DNA of 64,000 bases from Marsupella aquatica (GCA_973895155.1 OZ316897.1:522515-586514); one strand, 5' to 3'. Numbered from the stretch's first letter, positions 48,961 to 62,272 are shown. Made by a program: numbers and translations. Notes: generated by a model from the letters alone, not told the origin.

Positions 48961-49459
48961 TGAACCCCATTTAAGGAAAACCAAACTTTGGAAATTCCGA
49001 AAATCACTAAATATTATTATTTTAATAAAAAGGGGGCAACATGACGCGTGGCTACGCGTGAAACCCTAAAAATGACTGCAATGTCACATTTTAACCAATT
49101 CAACTTGATGGGACCAAGAGACATGCTCACGCGAATAATAACAATAGAGAAATAAATCTCTGAGATCCTTTATATATGATAACCAGTATATAAGGAGTTT
49201 ACAAATGGTTTCTAGAACGACAATACAAATTAATCTGATCTCATGCCGACTATTATTTTGGAAGCGTCCTAAATTGGGCGTCTGTTAAATTGCTCTACTA
49301 GATATCTATCTCCATGCCTCTGAATCACAGGGTCTTCCCATAGAGTATGATTATAATCATAATCTCTAAAAATAGATTTAACTGACCAATCAGGATAATC
49401 TCTTCCATTAGCAATGACAAGCGGCTCACAAGAGTTTGCTAGCTTGCTAAGATACGGAA

Positions 49460-49930
49460 TCAGAAGTTAATCAGGAAACTGTCGTCGACCGACCCAAAAT
49501 ATTTGGGCGGAAATAATGATCCAACAACAGGATCTAAACAAGCATGAAATGCATCGGATTCGATAAGCATTATATTTTGCTGTAGATACACCTTCGTATA
49601 AATTCCAACCTTCTCAAAACACTTCAAAAATATCCGCTTATTTGATGTCACCCCATCGCATAAGTAACAATGAGACTGATCCCAAATATACTTAAATGAG
49701 GCCATTTCCATCGCAGTAAAAATAGATGCTAAAATTTGATCTAAAATGTTCTTCCCAAGAGAGGACCAGATCCCTACATCAAAATTCTCAAAACAGAATC
49801 TCAAGAATTCATGAAGATGAGGCCTTGGAAAAACGTATATATTCCCAATTTGAATTCCAGTTGAGACCGCCATCAGTCGGGAATGCGGTGCAGTGTAATA
49901 GAGTAGATGCTCCACGTCTAAAACTATGAG
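49460..49930 (-). CDS. NIF/FCP1-like (HAD) phosphatase-domain exon or fragment, probable TE cargo
   Basis: LDVEHLL...RPHLHEFLRFCFENFDVGIWSS...YIWDQSHC...FLK...NIMLI; the canonical DxDx(T/V) motif is degenerate. Confidence 0.7.
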   Translation of the reverse strand, partial: LIVLDVEHLLYYTAPHSRLMAVSTGIQIGNIYVFPRPHLHEFLRFCFENFDVGIWSSLGKNILDQILASIFTAMEMASFKYIWDQSHCYLCDGVTSNKRIFLKCFEKVGIYTKVYLQQNIMLIESDAFHACLDPVVGSLFPPKYFGSVDDSFLINF

Positions 49931-50199
49931 TCCTCAATCTCAAAACTCTGTGAAAAGGCACTTTGTGACATTCTTGTACATTGATTCATGTCTTTGACCA
50001 ATCTAGTTTATTGTGTGCAGGTGTTCAATTTGATGACTGCGCAATGCACATGGCCCATGATTCTCAGTGGCAAGTAAACTTGCAACTCCTCCTTACCGAA
50101 TACTAGTTCTTCTTTGTAATACCTATTGCTAATACTTGTAATATTTATTTGCTAATACTTAATGCCTTTTCTAGTACCTACTTGATAATAAATACTCAT

Positions 50200-50630
50200 A
50201 GTACCTAGTACATAATACTTAGTCAAGTATTAAATACCTTAAGTACCAGTACTAGTTACGTATGTACCAAGTACTCAGTACCATAAGTACGCAGTACCAA
50301 CTTAAGTACCTTAAGTACCAAATACTCAGTACTTTGAGTACCTAGTACTCAATACATAATACCAAGTACCTAAGTAAGTACCTAGTACTCAGTACCTTAA
50401 GTACATAGTACCTTGAGTACATAGTACCAAGTACCAATAAGTACCCAGTACTCAGTACCTTAAGTACCCAGTACTCAGTACCTTAAGTACCCAGTACTCA
50501 GTACCTTAAGTACCTAGTACTCAGTACCCTGAGTATCAAGTACTTATACCTTGAGTACCTAGTACTTAATACCGAGCTCAATACGTTGAGTATTTGGTAC
50601 TCAAGACCTGGCTTTAGTACTCAGTACTTG
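50200..50630. repeat. AGTAC-rich minisatellite (23-bp unit tacccagtactcagtaccttaag)
   Basis: Near-perfect units at ~50442-50520 within a longer degenerate tract. Confidence 0.85.
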
Positions 50631-52123
50631 CAGTCCGACCCAATACTCAATACTATAGCCTAGGCTAATAGTTTTATACTGAGTGTTTGATGTAGTGGGT
50701 GTTGTGAGACTAGTAGCTATATTGCAAAAGCAAGCCACTGATACATTTTAACTGCTGGACCTATCTCTTTTTTCATGCAGGTGATATAATGAGTCTCTCT
50801 TTGTTGCCTAGAGGCACGACAACCACTACCCTTGTTTGGCTAGATATAGATATAAATTATCATAAATTTTAGTCATGTGAGTTGTGGCTAGCGAATTAGC
50901 TAGTTGAGTAGTGGCCACAGGACCATTGTGTCTTTGTTCAAGAGCATTTTGTGATCATGCTTCCGTTTCAGAATTAGCTTGAAATGCAAATTGAACCTTG
51001 TCTATCAAATCTATAAAAGTTCTCATCAAATGCCAATGGATGTCCATATTCTTCTTTGTTGCCTTCCTGGACCTCTGGTGCAACTTTAATTATCTCAATT
51101 CGGTGATCACCTTAGTCTGTTCCTCCTGTTCGGTTTAGTGCCTTAGTTCCCAGAACTTTGCAAAGGGAAGCAAATTTTAGCTCTCAACCTCCATCCAGAT
51201 CTTATTACCCCCATGCATGTTATAGCATACTGTAACTACTTTTCCTAAATTAAGCACTCGTCCATTCATGGACCCAGGTTATTCACAGTTCATGTTGTCT
51301 TTTGAGATCTGCCTTAGTTTGATTTATTTATTTCAATCATCAAAGGAGGAGCATGATTGTTTCACAGTACCAGTATGTACACTCATTCAGTTTTTTCCTA
51401 AGTGAGTGTACATACTGAGATCACTATGAGCATCAATGGCATTTTCTATTCCAAGGCAAATGATTGCTATGAAGGGTTCACTTTCTAAGGTTTCTCACAA
51501 TAACTAATTGCGCTAACATCTACATTATGATCCAAACAACAACCTGGATATAGGTTGAAAGCTTGGCATTGTTGAAGGCCAACATTTTGGACTATAAACA
51601 AAAATTAAACTCATTCATTGTTTCTTCATAAACACGAGTCACAAACACTCGCTCAGTTTATTTATAGTGCAAGTCCTGTTGCTTTCAATAGTAAATGCAA
51701 TACCATGCAGACTACAAAATTGACTGTAACAAATCCATGTAATCCATTGAACTGTTTGGCCTGTAGAATTCAGTTCACTTTTCCGCGATTAAAAAAACTA
51801 CTCTAGCAATTGTCAAGTAGGCAACTCTATTTCTCTATAGTTTCCAATATATCAAGATTTGTACAAAATGAGACATCTTGTAGTCACTCAATTTATTTAT
51901 GCAAGCTAGACTTTAGCTTTGTACAGTAAATCAAGTACTCACAGGATACAAAATTGATTGATTGTAACTAATCCAAGCAGAGATAGAAAGAACCACACTA
52001 AACTGTTGGGGCCTGTAGAAAAATCGGGCCACAAAATCCGTATGCAAAAACACTACTGCAAAAATTGCAGCTCTATATATGTCTCTACAATTCCCAAAAC
52101 ATTCTCCTCAGATCACCTCATTC

Positions 52124-52770
52124 CTAATCTAAACCTTGATGGCGAAGTGCAACTAAAATACCCTCCAATTGGTCCAAAAGGATAGATCCTCTTGGTACAA
52201 GGGATCTTTCCACATTGGTGGACCTTGGGTGGGATCTAGAAACTGTCACAGTGAGAGGCCAGGGGACCCAACTATGGGTAGGAACCCCAAGGAGAGACAA
52301 AATTTCCACTGATAGTACCCCATCTTTTGCAGCCAAGGCCACTGAGCACCTTCGTCACTGCAAGGCAACAGCCCGGACGTAGTCCATCTGCTCCTGTTCG
52401 GTGCAAGCTCGTAGGTCTGAAGCTCCTAGCCCCAACCAGACTGAAGCGCTATCCCGAATCTCAGCACGAATGGGGGTTGCCTGCTTAAACACCACATCAA
52501 CAATCACAACTTCAAAACCATATGTATCAACACCCTCCCCTGCATGGCCACACACCTGCCGGCCGAGCTCCTTTGATGTGCCACAAATGCCTCCATGTCC
52601 TAGCCGATGTGAGCATGCTTTATAAATAAAGCGCCGAGGATGGGGGAAGGTTGAATGAAAGTTCACAATATGAACCACGACATCTTGAAATGAAGCAGAC
52701 TGCCCTGCTTCCACGACCTGCTCAACTTCTGTTACAGGAGTCCCCATTCTTCTGCGTCAACAAGATCCTG
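52124..52770 (-). pseudogene. RPA1 C-terminal-like OB-fold/zinc-ribbon fragment
   Basis: FIYKACSH...CG......C...YGFEVVIVD....AEIRDSA..WLGLGASDL resembles the RPA70 DBD-C pattern; stop at 52355. Confidence 0.55.
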
Positions 52771-52879
52771 CAAAACTACAAGTCCAATACTCAAATCAAT
52801 ACTCAAGGATTCCCGATGGATATTCAATGACAAAACCTTGCTTGCACTAGTACCACAACATGACACACAATCCTCAAGG

Positions 52880-53150
52880 GATTACACTACTACTCACAGG
52901 TATTGAACTAATACTCGCAGGAATTTGAAACAATACTCAAACGCGTTTACATAATACTCAAAGGTATTTACATAATACTCAAAGGTATTTGCATAATACT
53001 ACAAGGTATTTACATAATATACTACACGGTATTGTGACAATACTACAAGGTATTATGATAATAATACACTGTATTGTGATAATACTCAACGGTATTGAGA
53101 TAAAACTCAACGGTATTGAGATAATAGTACTTGAGGTATTATGAAAATAC
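52880..53150. repeat. 22-bp minisatellite (ataatactcaaaggtatttac-type)
   Basis: Successive 22-bp units at 52930-53140. Confidence 0.85.
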
Positions 53151-53566
53151 CAGGGGAAATTGACTAACACCTGAAACTCTTATAGTAATACCTTATTGTA
53201 TTAGACTAATACCCGAAGGTACTAAACTAATACTTGGTATTAGAGTAACAGTTACAGGTACCAGGTAAATACTCTGTGACATGAAAGCACAGCCAGAGAA
53301 ATTACTTGAGTCTGGTAGTGCATGTAAAGTGAGTATTCAAATCTACATAATATGCATGTATGAAGTGAGTGAACCCTAAACCACATAAACCTGTGACAAT
53401 ACATAGAAATTGACTGGTACAAAGGATGAGCAATAGGAGAGTAAGAAAATTTACCATCGATGCATCCACATTGGGTATCTAGACAGACATCTAGGGTTCA
53501 TGAATGCTCATAGGCAGACGACAATGTCAACATAGTAGTCCTATTTAAATTACTCAGTCTCACCTA

Positions 53567-54892
53567 TTACAATTTCCTAGCTGATCCACGACCTCTTCCT
53601 CGTCCTTTGACAGGTGGTTTAACCTTTTCAACTGACTTTAAGGCAACATTACCACCCTTGTCATGAGCAAGATCCAATCCTAGACTGATAGCAACACCCC
53701 TTAACTTCCCCTTAGCTTGAGAGGAGCTTGTGCCATTCTTCTCCTCGGCCTTTCGCTTTTTGCTACTCCCCTTACAAGACTCAGAGCCAGGCTCCTCGCC
53801 AGGCTCAGAGTCAGAGACATTCTCCACCTGAGTGACCAAACAAGGTTCTGGAGCAGCACCCTTTTCGACCTTCACAATTGAGAGATTCACCTCGCCCTTG
53901 GACTCCGGGGCTGATGTCTGCGTTTGAACTAGAGTAGGAACTGACTTGATGTCAACTTTTGAGACCCTCAACAACTCATGGTGTACATGTGCAGCTTCAC
54001 CAACAGCCTCATGATATTTGATAGACTTCTTCACACTTTCCTACAGCGCAAAACAATATCCCACAATTAGCAATTGACCAATATCCCCGCTAATACCAAT
54101 GTACGACAAAGCTAGATCACTAAGGCTCTTTTGAAAAGAGATAGATTGTTCTTCCAAACCCCAATCATCTGCTAGCTTCACTACATCTGGATGGTCCACT
54201 CGGGATGAGCCCCAGCACTTCAGCCAGGCTAGATGAAACACTTCAGCACAGGCTAAACACTTAGGAGGTTTACTGTCACCGTTTCGAAGCAACGGGAACA
54301 AACAACTTGGATGATAGCAATGTCCACACGATGTGGGAATCCAATTGTTACAAAAGAAGCCAAGAGAGCAAACACGGCAACCTCCACCTTTGGCAACCTC
54401 CACAGTGTATGGTTGAAACTTTCCGATTCCGTCCAGCGCATAGGTAAGCATGGCGATGTCGTCGGCAGGAATCCCCTTAACACCATCCTTCTTGTAGCCG
54501 TTCTTCCCAGACTTGTTCCCAAAATACTCCTCCAACACCTCAGCGGACACGTCTTCACTTGTGAGCTCCTTCGGAATGCTTCCCACATTGGGCAAGCCAA
54601 GGACATTGTGGAAATGATCGATGTCCTTCACAAACTCATCAATTGTCCACTCTTCTGATGAGGGGACCTTTACAAGACTCTCACCGTGTGATTTCGGTGG
54701 TAGCTTGTGACTCGTGGACTTTCCAGGCATTTCAGAAGACATACCTACTGTGTAGCTTGAGTTCTCCCAGCTGCTCACTCCAAGCGTTGGCAACAAACTA
54801 TTTGGGCACAAACCTGCGCTATGCGACTCCGCCTGAGTCCCTTGAAAGCACGTTACTCCAGAGTCTGACTCGTCCCTTCCAGTGCCTTGCGC
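53567..54892 (-). CDS. RING-finger protein with basic low-complexity C-terminus (multi-exon or pseudogene, probable TE cargo)
   Basis: CRVC...TSCGHCYHPSCL...KCLAC; acceptor taattcag|gc at 54893/54892; the second ORF 53567-54034 is in the same frame. Confidence 0.65.
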
Positions 54893-55678
54893 CTGAATTA
54901 CAACACAAGAATGTGAGTTCAATGTCGAGTCTCATTTGAAAAGATTGAATGTGTGCCTAATGCGTGGCCTAGATCATAGAAGACATTCAATATTAAACAA
55001 GTGGGGAAGAAAACAATCAGAGCAACTTTCTGAGTGTCCTCAACTTTCAAAATTGTAGCTCAGGTCCTGTAACTCTTCAATCTCCACAACACAAACGAGA
55101 ATGCAACAAGTTCCAGAGATTCAAATGCTTGCAGCCCTCGACCAAAAGCAACTTCCTGCGCCAAAATGCAATGTCATTCCCTCCCGCGTTCCCTCCCTTG
55201 CTACCTAATCAAGGATCACAATGTTGCGGTCTTCTCCAACTGGCACATTGCGCAACATTCAAACTGGAGTATGCATCGTGAAAGTTGATTCAACGCGACA
55301 AAAAGGAAATAGAAAGGAAGTGCGCACTTTGCGCCCAGGTCTCCCTTGATTGCAGGCAATGCTACGGTTTGGATCATCCTTCTAGCAGGAAGGGTCAAGA
55401 TCCAACAATGCTACTCCCTCAACCACCACCACTGATCTTCATTGCCACCACGGCACGGTTCGGATTTGCTGACCTTTCTAATTTTGAAATGATAGGAGGT
55501 TACGGTAGTAATGTCTTTTCGGCCCTTCCTCCCTCCAACGTGATTGTACTTGCAACAACCTCCTCCCTCATCATTACATGACTTGTAGTACTAACTGTAC
55601 TATGAGCTCTGTGGTAGGGGTGGTATTAGGAGGGGTATTATTTTGCTCAAATTAGACCCCCTCTAGCTTGCTTTTGCC

Positions 55679-56210
55679 TTGTTAGGTGATGATCATCATC
55701 GGATTGTTGCCAATGTTCACCAGGTGAGGTCTTGGATTGGACCTGCTATGTTATTGGATGCTGCACGTGTGGGTTCTCATGCACATTGTCCACGCTTGTG
55801 GTGGACTAATCTGATCCCATGTGAGGTGCTGAAGCGCGCATTTGACAACATTCCACGCTCACCAGCCTTAGTGGTGGATAATATTTTGGATCCAGGACGT
55901 CGTGCACAAGGTGTGATCCAACCTGATAGACCTCCATTGGCAATGGTCAATGCAGTTGGGCACCCACGTTGTGCATTACTCACTCTTGTAAGCCACTTTG
56001 CTTCATATGCATTCAGAGCAGGTGGCCCTGGACTTGTGTGGGACACAGCTCTCCAGCAGTTAGTGGAACCTACTGCTGATGAGAGAGAGCATGCTATGGG
56101 ATTTTTGACTGGCACCACTATAGTTGCCTTTGTGCTAGAGGGTTTGCAGCGCCAGGTTCTTGGTCAAGCAATGGATCTGAATTGTTTGACTTGGATTATC
56201 AGCTTGGGAG
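55679..56210 (+). other. DNMT3/DRM-like C5-cytosine methyltransferase domain (motifs VIII-X) in the Gypsy pol frame
   Basis: LDAARVGSHAHCPRLWWTNL (motif VIII), EPTADEREHAMGF..GTT (IX), QRQVLGQAMDLNCL (X); same frame as RT ORFs 56441 and 56642. Confidence 0.82.
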
Positions 56211-57730
56211 TAGCTGAACAGTTGCGGATGCGCTCTACTGGAATTACTGATTGTCCCTTGGTGAGCTTGCGGTCCACTAAGACAGTACTGACCACAGCTG
56301 GGGGCAAGCAGACAGTCCATGGACCTATGGCAGGATTGGCCAAGGCTGGACAGATTGTTGAGCAGGAAGGGACTGCTCAATCTACTACTAAATAGCAATC
56401 ATCGGCTATCTCTTCTACCCTACAAAGAGATATTAGGGATTTGGTGGAGAGTTGGGAACCACAGCTTGGCCCTAAGTTGACAGGGGAGGAGAGACGTCGC
56501 ATGCATCGATTCCTGAAGAGTTATTGGAATTGTTTTGCATTTAGCATGAAAGATATGGGGACATTAAAGGGTCCTGGTATTCAGATTGAATTGGCTAGTG
56601 ATGCGCCAATCTTTCATATCTGACCATACCGTTATAGTGACATGGAGAGAGCTCTGATTCAAAGCAGAACTCAAGATTTGTTGGAGGCTGGATTGGTGGA
56701 GATTTCATATGGGGAGTATGCATCTGCCATAGTGATGCCAGCCAAGAAGGATGTGCATGGCAATTACACAGATAGGCGCATGTGTGGTGATTATAGACCC
56801 ATTAATCGCCAGACAAAATTTGATAGATATGCCATGCCCACACCTGAGGAGATCTTTGATGTTGTGGGGCATGCAAAGGTTTTCAGTTCATTGGATCTGA
56901 GGGCAGGGTACCATCAGCTTCCAATTAGGCATGCTGATAGGTCCAAGACAGCATTCTGGGGGAGTGATTCTTATGGCAAAGATCGTTTGTATCAGTGGTT
57001 ATTCTTACCATTTGGGTTGAAGAATGCACCAGCTGAGTTCTAGAGAGTCATGGATCGAATCCTTGCAGGTTTGGATTTTGTCAGATGTTATATTGATGAT
57101 ATTTTGGTCTATTCTTCTACTATGGAAGAACATTAGCAGCACTTGCAGATTGTGTTGGAGAGATTGAGAGCACATGGGTTGGAAACTCCATCCTAGCAAG
57201 TGTAAGTTCTTCCAAGACCAGATTGAGTATTTGGGCCACACTATATACCCAGGGGGATTGGGTGTACAACAAACTAAAGTGGAGGCCATTACACAGATTC
57301 CTTGTCCTACTGATGTGAGCAGAGTTCATGCATTCTTGGGATTGGCGAGCTACTACAGGAGGTATGTTAAAGGATTTAGCCAGCTTGCTAAACCTTTAAC
57401 CATACTCACTAAGTTGGATCAGGAATGGACTTGGGGTGATGACCAGGAGCATGCCTTTCAGGAGTTGAAGCAAAGGTTGGCATCATCCCCTATTTTGAGA
57501 AGACCCATTTCAGGCAGACCATTTAAGCTACACACTGATTGGAGTGGAGTAGGACTTGGAGCAGTGCTGACTCAGAAAGATGATGAAGGGCATGAGTTTG
57601 TTGTGGCATATGCCAGTAGATCAAACAATTCAGCAGAAGCTAAGTATAGCTCTTATGAGGGAGAGTGTTTGGCAGCAGTGTGGGCTGTGGCACACTTTCG
57701 CTGTTACTTGTTTGGTAATCCTTTCACTTT
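55679..57730 (+). mobile_element. 5'-truncated 5' half of the same Ty3/Gypsy element: C5-DNA-methyltransferase C-terminal part, RT, RNase H N-terminus
   Basis: RMCGDYRPIN, LDLRAGYHQ, PFGLKNAP, YIDDILVYS, FLGLASYYRRYV, LHTDWS, VAYASR, YSSYEGECLA; ends at FGNPFT|CACTA. Confidence 0.93.
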
Positions 57731-58514
57731 CACTACAACACTATCGGCCGGTTTTGCGAAGACAATCTCATCACAACTAACAAGCCCCTGATTTTCATAA
57801 TTCTGGCCATTGCGAACATACGCGCATCGCACCACCTTTGCACTTTGCGAACCTAATAACTTTGCACGCGGACCATCGCAACGGCATTGCAACACCATGG
57901 CAAACTGCGAAGCTGAGAGGTTCGCAAGATTCAATACTTGTGCGATCCATTATACGTCGCATAAGGTTCGCAAACATACACGCACACGTCCCGCACGGGC
58001 GTCGATATTTGAGAAGGATTTACCATCGCATCATATTTGCGAAATATATTGGTTCAATTGTTTTGATGGGGATTGTATGACAAAGAGCGATACCGGTGAT
58101 TTCAGAAGTTTGTGAACGGTTTTGATTAGAAAAGTGCGATCCTAGAAGTATCACAAAAACCCGACATATTTGGATCTGAAGTTCTGAAGTTAATTGACTC
58201 AAAAAGTGCGATGCCTTGGGGTTTATATTGTGCGATGGGAATGAGTTCTTAAAGGGTTTGCAAAATTATGATCACAGAGGATTCAATACATTATTTGCGA
58301 GGGGTTTTCCTTGGGACCCAATGTGGAAGGCAAAATTGTTGTTTTATAAAATGGAAAAGCATGAACAAAATGATAGGGCTTCAAAGAACCCTATACATGG
58401 ACAAGAGGGGGAAATATCTGATGCTAGGTCCGCCCTTCTAAACCTATGCTGCCTCTTCCTACCCTAAGCTCCGGCATGACAAGTCACTCTCATGCATGTA
58501 TCTCTACAAAATAA

Positions 58515-60549
58515 CTAGAATGGGCTCTTGCGGCTCCTCTTGGTTGGCTTCTTGGTTGGCTTCTTGCCCTTATCCTTCCAGGGATCCTGTTGGTGACGGG
58601 TGCATGATGGCCGTCGGCGCTCCTGCTCCTGCTGCTCCTCTGGCTCCTCCTGCCCCTCCTGCTCCTCCTCCTCATCCTCAGGGTCCTCCTCCTCCCCCTG
58701 GTCATCAACGTGTGCTGATGACACACGACTACCACCACTACCACGGTGGGAAGAACCTACCTCACGACTACTCCCCCCCGAGCACCACTAGTACCAGGAG
58801 TAGCCCCCTCATCTTCATCACTATTGCTCACATCAGCACCCGACCCCTCAGGCTCATCCAAATCCTGCATCCATTACATATCATTAGTTTCCGCAAGACA
58901 TAAAGGGTCACTCACAATGTTTGCATGCTAATCATATGGTTCACACTTAGACACTTACAGTAGCCAACTCGACATCTACCATCGCAAAGAGGTACTTTCG
59001 TCCATGCTCTATCGCCACCTCAATATGCTTTTTTGATATCTTCCTTTTGTACCTCTGATACTGCCATGGATAAAACCATTAAAATTGGTTAAATTTTCCC
59101 TTAAGCATACCCTATAGCCACAAGTGACGCCTAAATCCTCAACTACTAAACACAACCCAAAAAAATTTTAAAATTCAAATTTGCGAACCTATAAGCATGG
59201 CAACTTGCGAACCACATTTTTTGCAAAGGCGTTGCGATGGAGTTTGCGATGCGCATTTGTTCGCAAAGGCATTGGAAAATTGAAATGGAAAAAGTCCATG
59301 ATAGACTTTGCGAGGGGTTTGTGAACAAATGCGCATCGCAACACCTTCGCAAACTGTGTTCCCGAGAGTTTTTAAAAATTTGCCAAAAATTCTAAGTGTC
59401 AGAGTTGCCCTAAACTAGTAACCAAGGAAGCATGCACAACAGCAAGAACATTCGGGGATGTCATTCACTTGCATTGCACAACTCTGAAAGGAATAGAGAG
59501 GTTAGGGAGGAGCAAAAGGCACTCACAAAGTGTGACTTGAGGCCGGGGAGCCTGCCTTGACCCAACTTGTGGACTGGATTGGGGGTGGATTTCACTCGTT
59601 TGGCTGCATCTGTGAAATGCTTGGGTGGCTTTCCCTCCTGGTCGGCCACCTTCTACATCTCAGCTACCTTCTGCTCAAGTGGCTTCAGGTCGTGGTCAGG
59701 GGGGAGCTTCCCAGCCTCCTTTGCTTTCAAGGCTCAATCTAGATTGCCCTTCCACTCTTCCAACTCGTGAGCTGCCTTAATTTGCACCTCAATCTTGTAA
59801 AACAAATTCCAGATGTCCTCGGTGAAGTGGAGGGGTCTGCGCAAGTTCTTGTATGATCTCAAGTCTTTCAGGTGGGCTCTAATCTTCATCCTATCATGGT
59901 ATCGCATTTGAGACATAGAATTTGAAATCTTATCTGCCAACCATTGCTCATCTATGTCAGGCCCATTGCGAAATGCCCTTGATTTGGTTGATGACCCTCT
60001 TTCGCTCTGCCTTCTCAATCTTCCCCCACTGCATGCATCGTGAGAAATTGCTTGTGATAATCTGCTTGATTGTGCTCTTAGCCCCTGCATACGCTAGCTC
60101 AGTTGGAGTCCCACTCGTCTCCAAGGCAATGAATGGAAGTTTTTTTCTTGCTTCCTCTTTCTGACATTGCTCCCCCTCTATTTTCGAATTGAATCTCTCT
60201 CCTCTCTTCTCTTCTGCTTCTCTAGGGCTTGAGGAGAGGTAACTCCTGACTTAGTTCTTTCCTCTCTCTTCCTTTTTTTCTCTCTAGCCTTCTCTTCAGC
60301 TGCGGCCCTCTCCTCCCCCTCTCTAGTAGCTTGTCCTGCTACAATCCCAGTTTGCAAAACCTGTCCAAGAATGGCACTCAAAGAGGCAAGCCCTGCTGGA
60401 GAATTGAGATTCACTTCTCCCAATTGTGCAGCACTGAGATGTTGGGCCACTAAGTCTGCCCAGGCATTCTTCTCTTTCTATGGATTTCCCCCATTGCCAC
60501 TACCACTACCACTACCACCTTGCCCTCCACTCCCCTCACCGGTAGCCAT
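58515..60549 (-). pseudogene. CACTA accessory gene of copy B, disrupted
   Basis: Homologous to 41444-43489 but with in-frame stops (ORFs end at 60178 and 59734) and a frameshift near 59975. Confidence 0.8.
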
Positions 60550-62272
60550 AGCTCCCCTCTCTCATAGTCTCCCTCGTACTGTTGCGCGCGCCCCGGCCCT
60601 TCTCGTCTCGCTCAAAAACTGAAATGAGCCCGAATGCGAGCTCCCGCCGATGTTTACGCCGTTCAAAAACGGGTTTGCGATGACATACGCATGGGAAACT
60701 GCAAAGCCCGCGCCCTCACAAATAGTCTCGCAACTTGCGAGGCACTTCCGAATCTATTCCCTTCGCAAGGCCATCGCAACCCGTAGAAGACCCAAAAAAT
60801 CGTTCTCGGCCTCTGTTTTTGCGAAGTAATTGCGAAGGCCGTAGGTTCGCCAAAAGATTCTCCAACTTGTGAAATAATTTGCGAGGCAGGTCTTATCGGT
60901 TTAGGGTTGGAAAACACTTTGGGGTGTCAAACGGCTATTAAGGTTTGTCAAACGACATTTAAGGTATGTTAAGTGCCCATAAGTTAACATGGAAGGGGTG
61001 TCAATGGATGTTTGGGTTGTAAGGATAACTAGAATATAAGTTAACAAAGGTTTGGGTTTAATTAAAGGTTAGGTTTATATTTGGTGTTAATCTAGGAGTA
61101 TTTGGTTTAATTAAGGGGGTTAAAACTTGGGTTAGGTTGGAATAAAAGGGTTGGGTTTAAATTAATGGGTTTGGCTTAGGGTTCAAGGTAGAGGTTTGCA
61201 TTAGGTTGTGAGTAATTATAGGGGTTGGGTTTGGTTTTAGTTGAGGGGTTGAATTGTGGTTGTTTTTTAAAGGGATTGGGTTTGGTTTTTAGTTGGGGGG
61301 TTTAATTGTGGTTTTTTTAAAGGGGTTGGGTTTCTAATGTAAGTGTTTGGGTTGGGGTGTAACATGATATAGGGTTGGATTTGGTTCTAATTGAGGGGGT
61401 ACAATTTTTGCTTAAGTTTTAAAAAAGGGCCTCAATTTAGGGGTTAGGGTGAAGTTTAGAATAACTATAGGGGTGGGGGTTGGCCTATATAGGTAAAGTA
61501 AGGTGTAGATAGGGTAAGGGTTTTATATGTAATTGGGGGATTTGGGTTGGGTTTAGGGTAAAGGTTTGAATTTTTAATGAGGGATTTGGGTATTGGTTAG
61601 GATAAGGGTAAGGGTTTAGGGTGCTTGAGGGATTTGGGTTAGGTTTTAATGAAGGGTTTCATTTCATGGTTTGGGTTTAGGGTAGGGGTTTGGGTTTAGG
61701 GTAAAGGTTTGAATTTTTAATGAGGGATTTGGGTATTGGTTAGGGTGAGGGTAAGGGTTTAGGGTGATTGAGGGATTTGGGTTAGGTTTTAATGAAGGTT
61801 TCATTTCATGGTTTGGGTTTAGGGTAGGGTTTGGGTTACTTATATTTCTTTCTCTATCTCATTAACATGGAGTGGAAAACTCTTTGGCGTTGTAGGGCAC
61901 TTCCCCATGTTTTTAAAAGTTTTGGCTAATGCATGATAATGCCTTGCGAGAGCCCGGGCATCTGAAAGGTATAACGTTTTCTCATGCATTTCTAGTCATT
62001 GCTGTAAATATGGAGGGTTACAATCTATCATCCTTTTTTTCTGGTTCACCATAAGGCATGGCTTAATTCATTGTATATTGGCAGATTTTTCCCTCCTTCT
62101 TCCAGATTTGGTTCATGAAATTTGAGCCACAAGATCCATCAAGGCATTGCTAAGCCCGGGTCTCATAAAGGTATTTTTCTGTCAATTCTTTTTAATATGT
62201 TTAGGTAGGGATTATCAATGATGGTTTTGGTGAAGTTTTTACTAATCGCCTTCCAATTGCTATACTTGTCAG

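Noticed and set aside
49040-49070. Hairpin acgcgtggctacgcgt as a Helitron 3' end
   Set aside because: No convincing CTRR|T terminus at the expected distance and no Rep/Hel coding sequence in the window
44275-55678. 5' LTR, gag or DNMT motifs I-VI of the Gypsy element
   Set aside because: No match to the 3' LTR ends or to FxG/PC/ENV motifs was seen; the element appears truncated at ~55679
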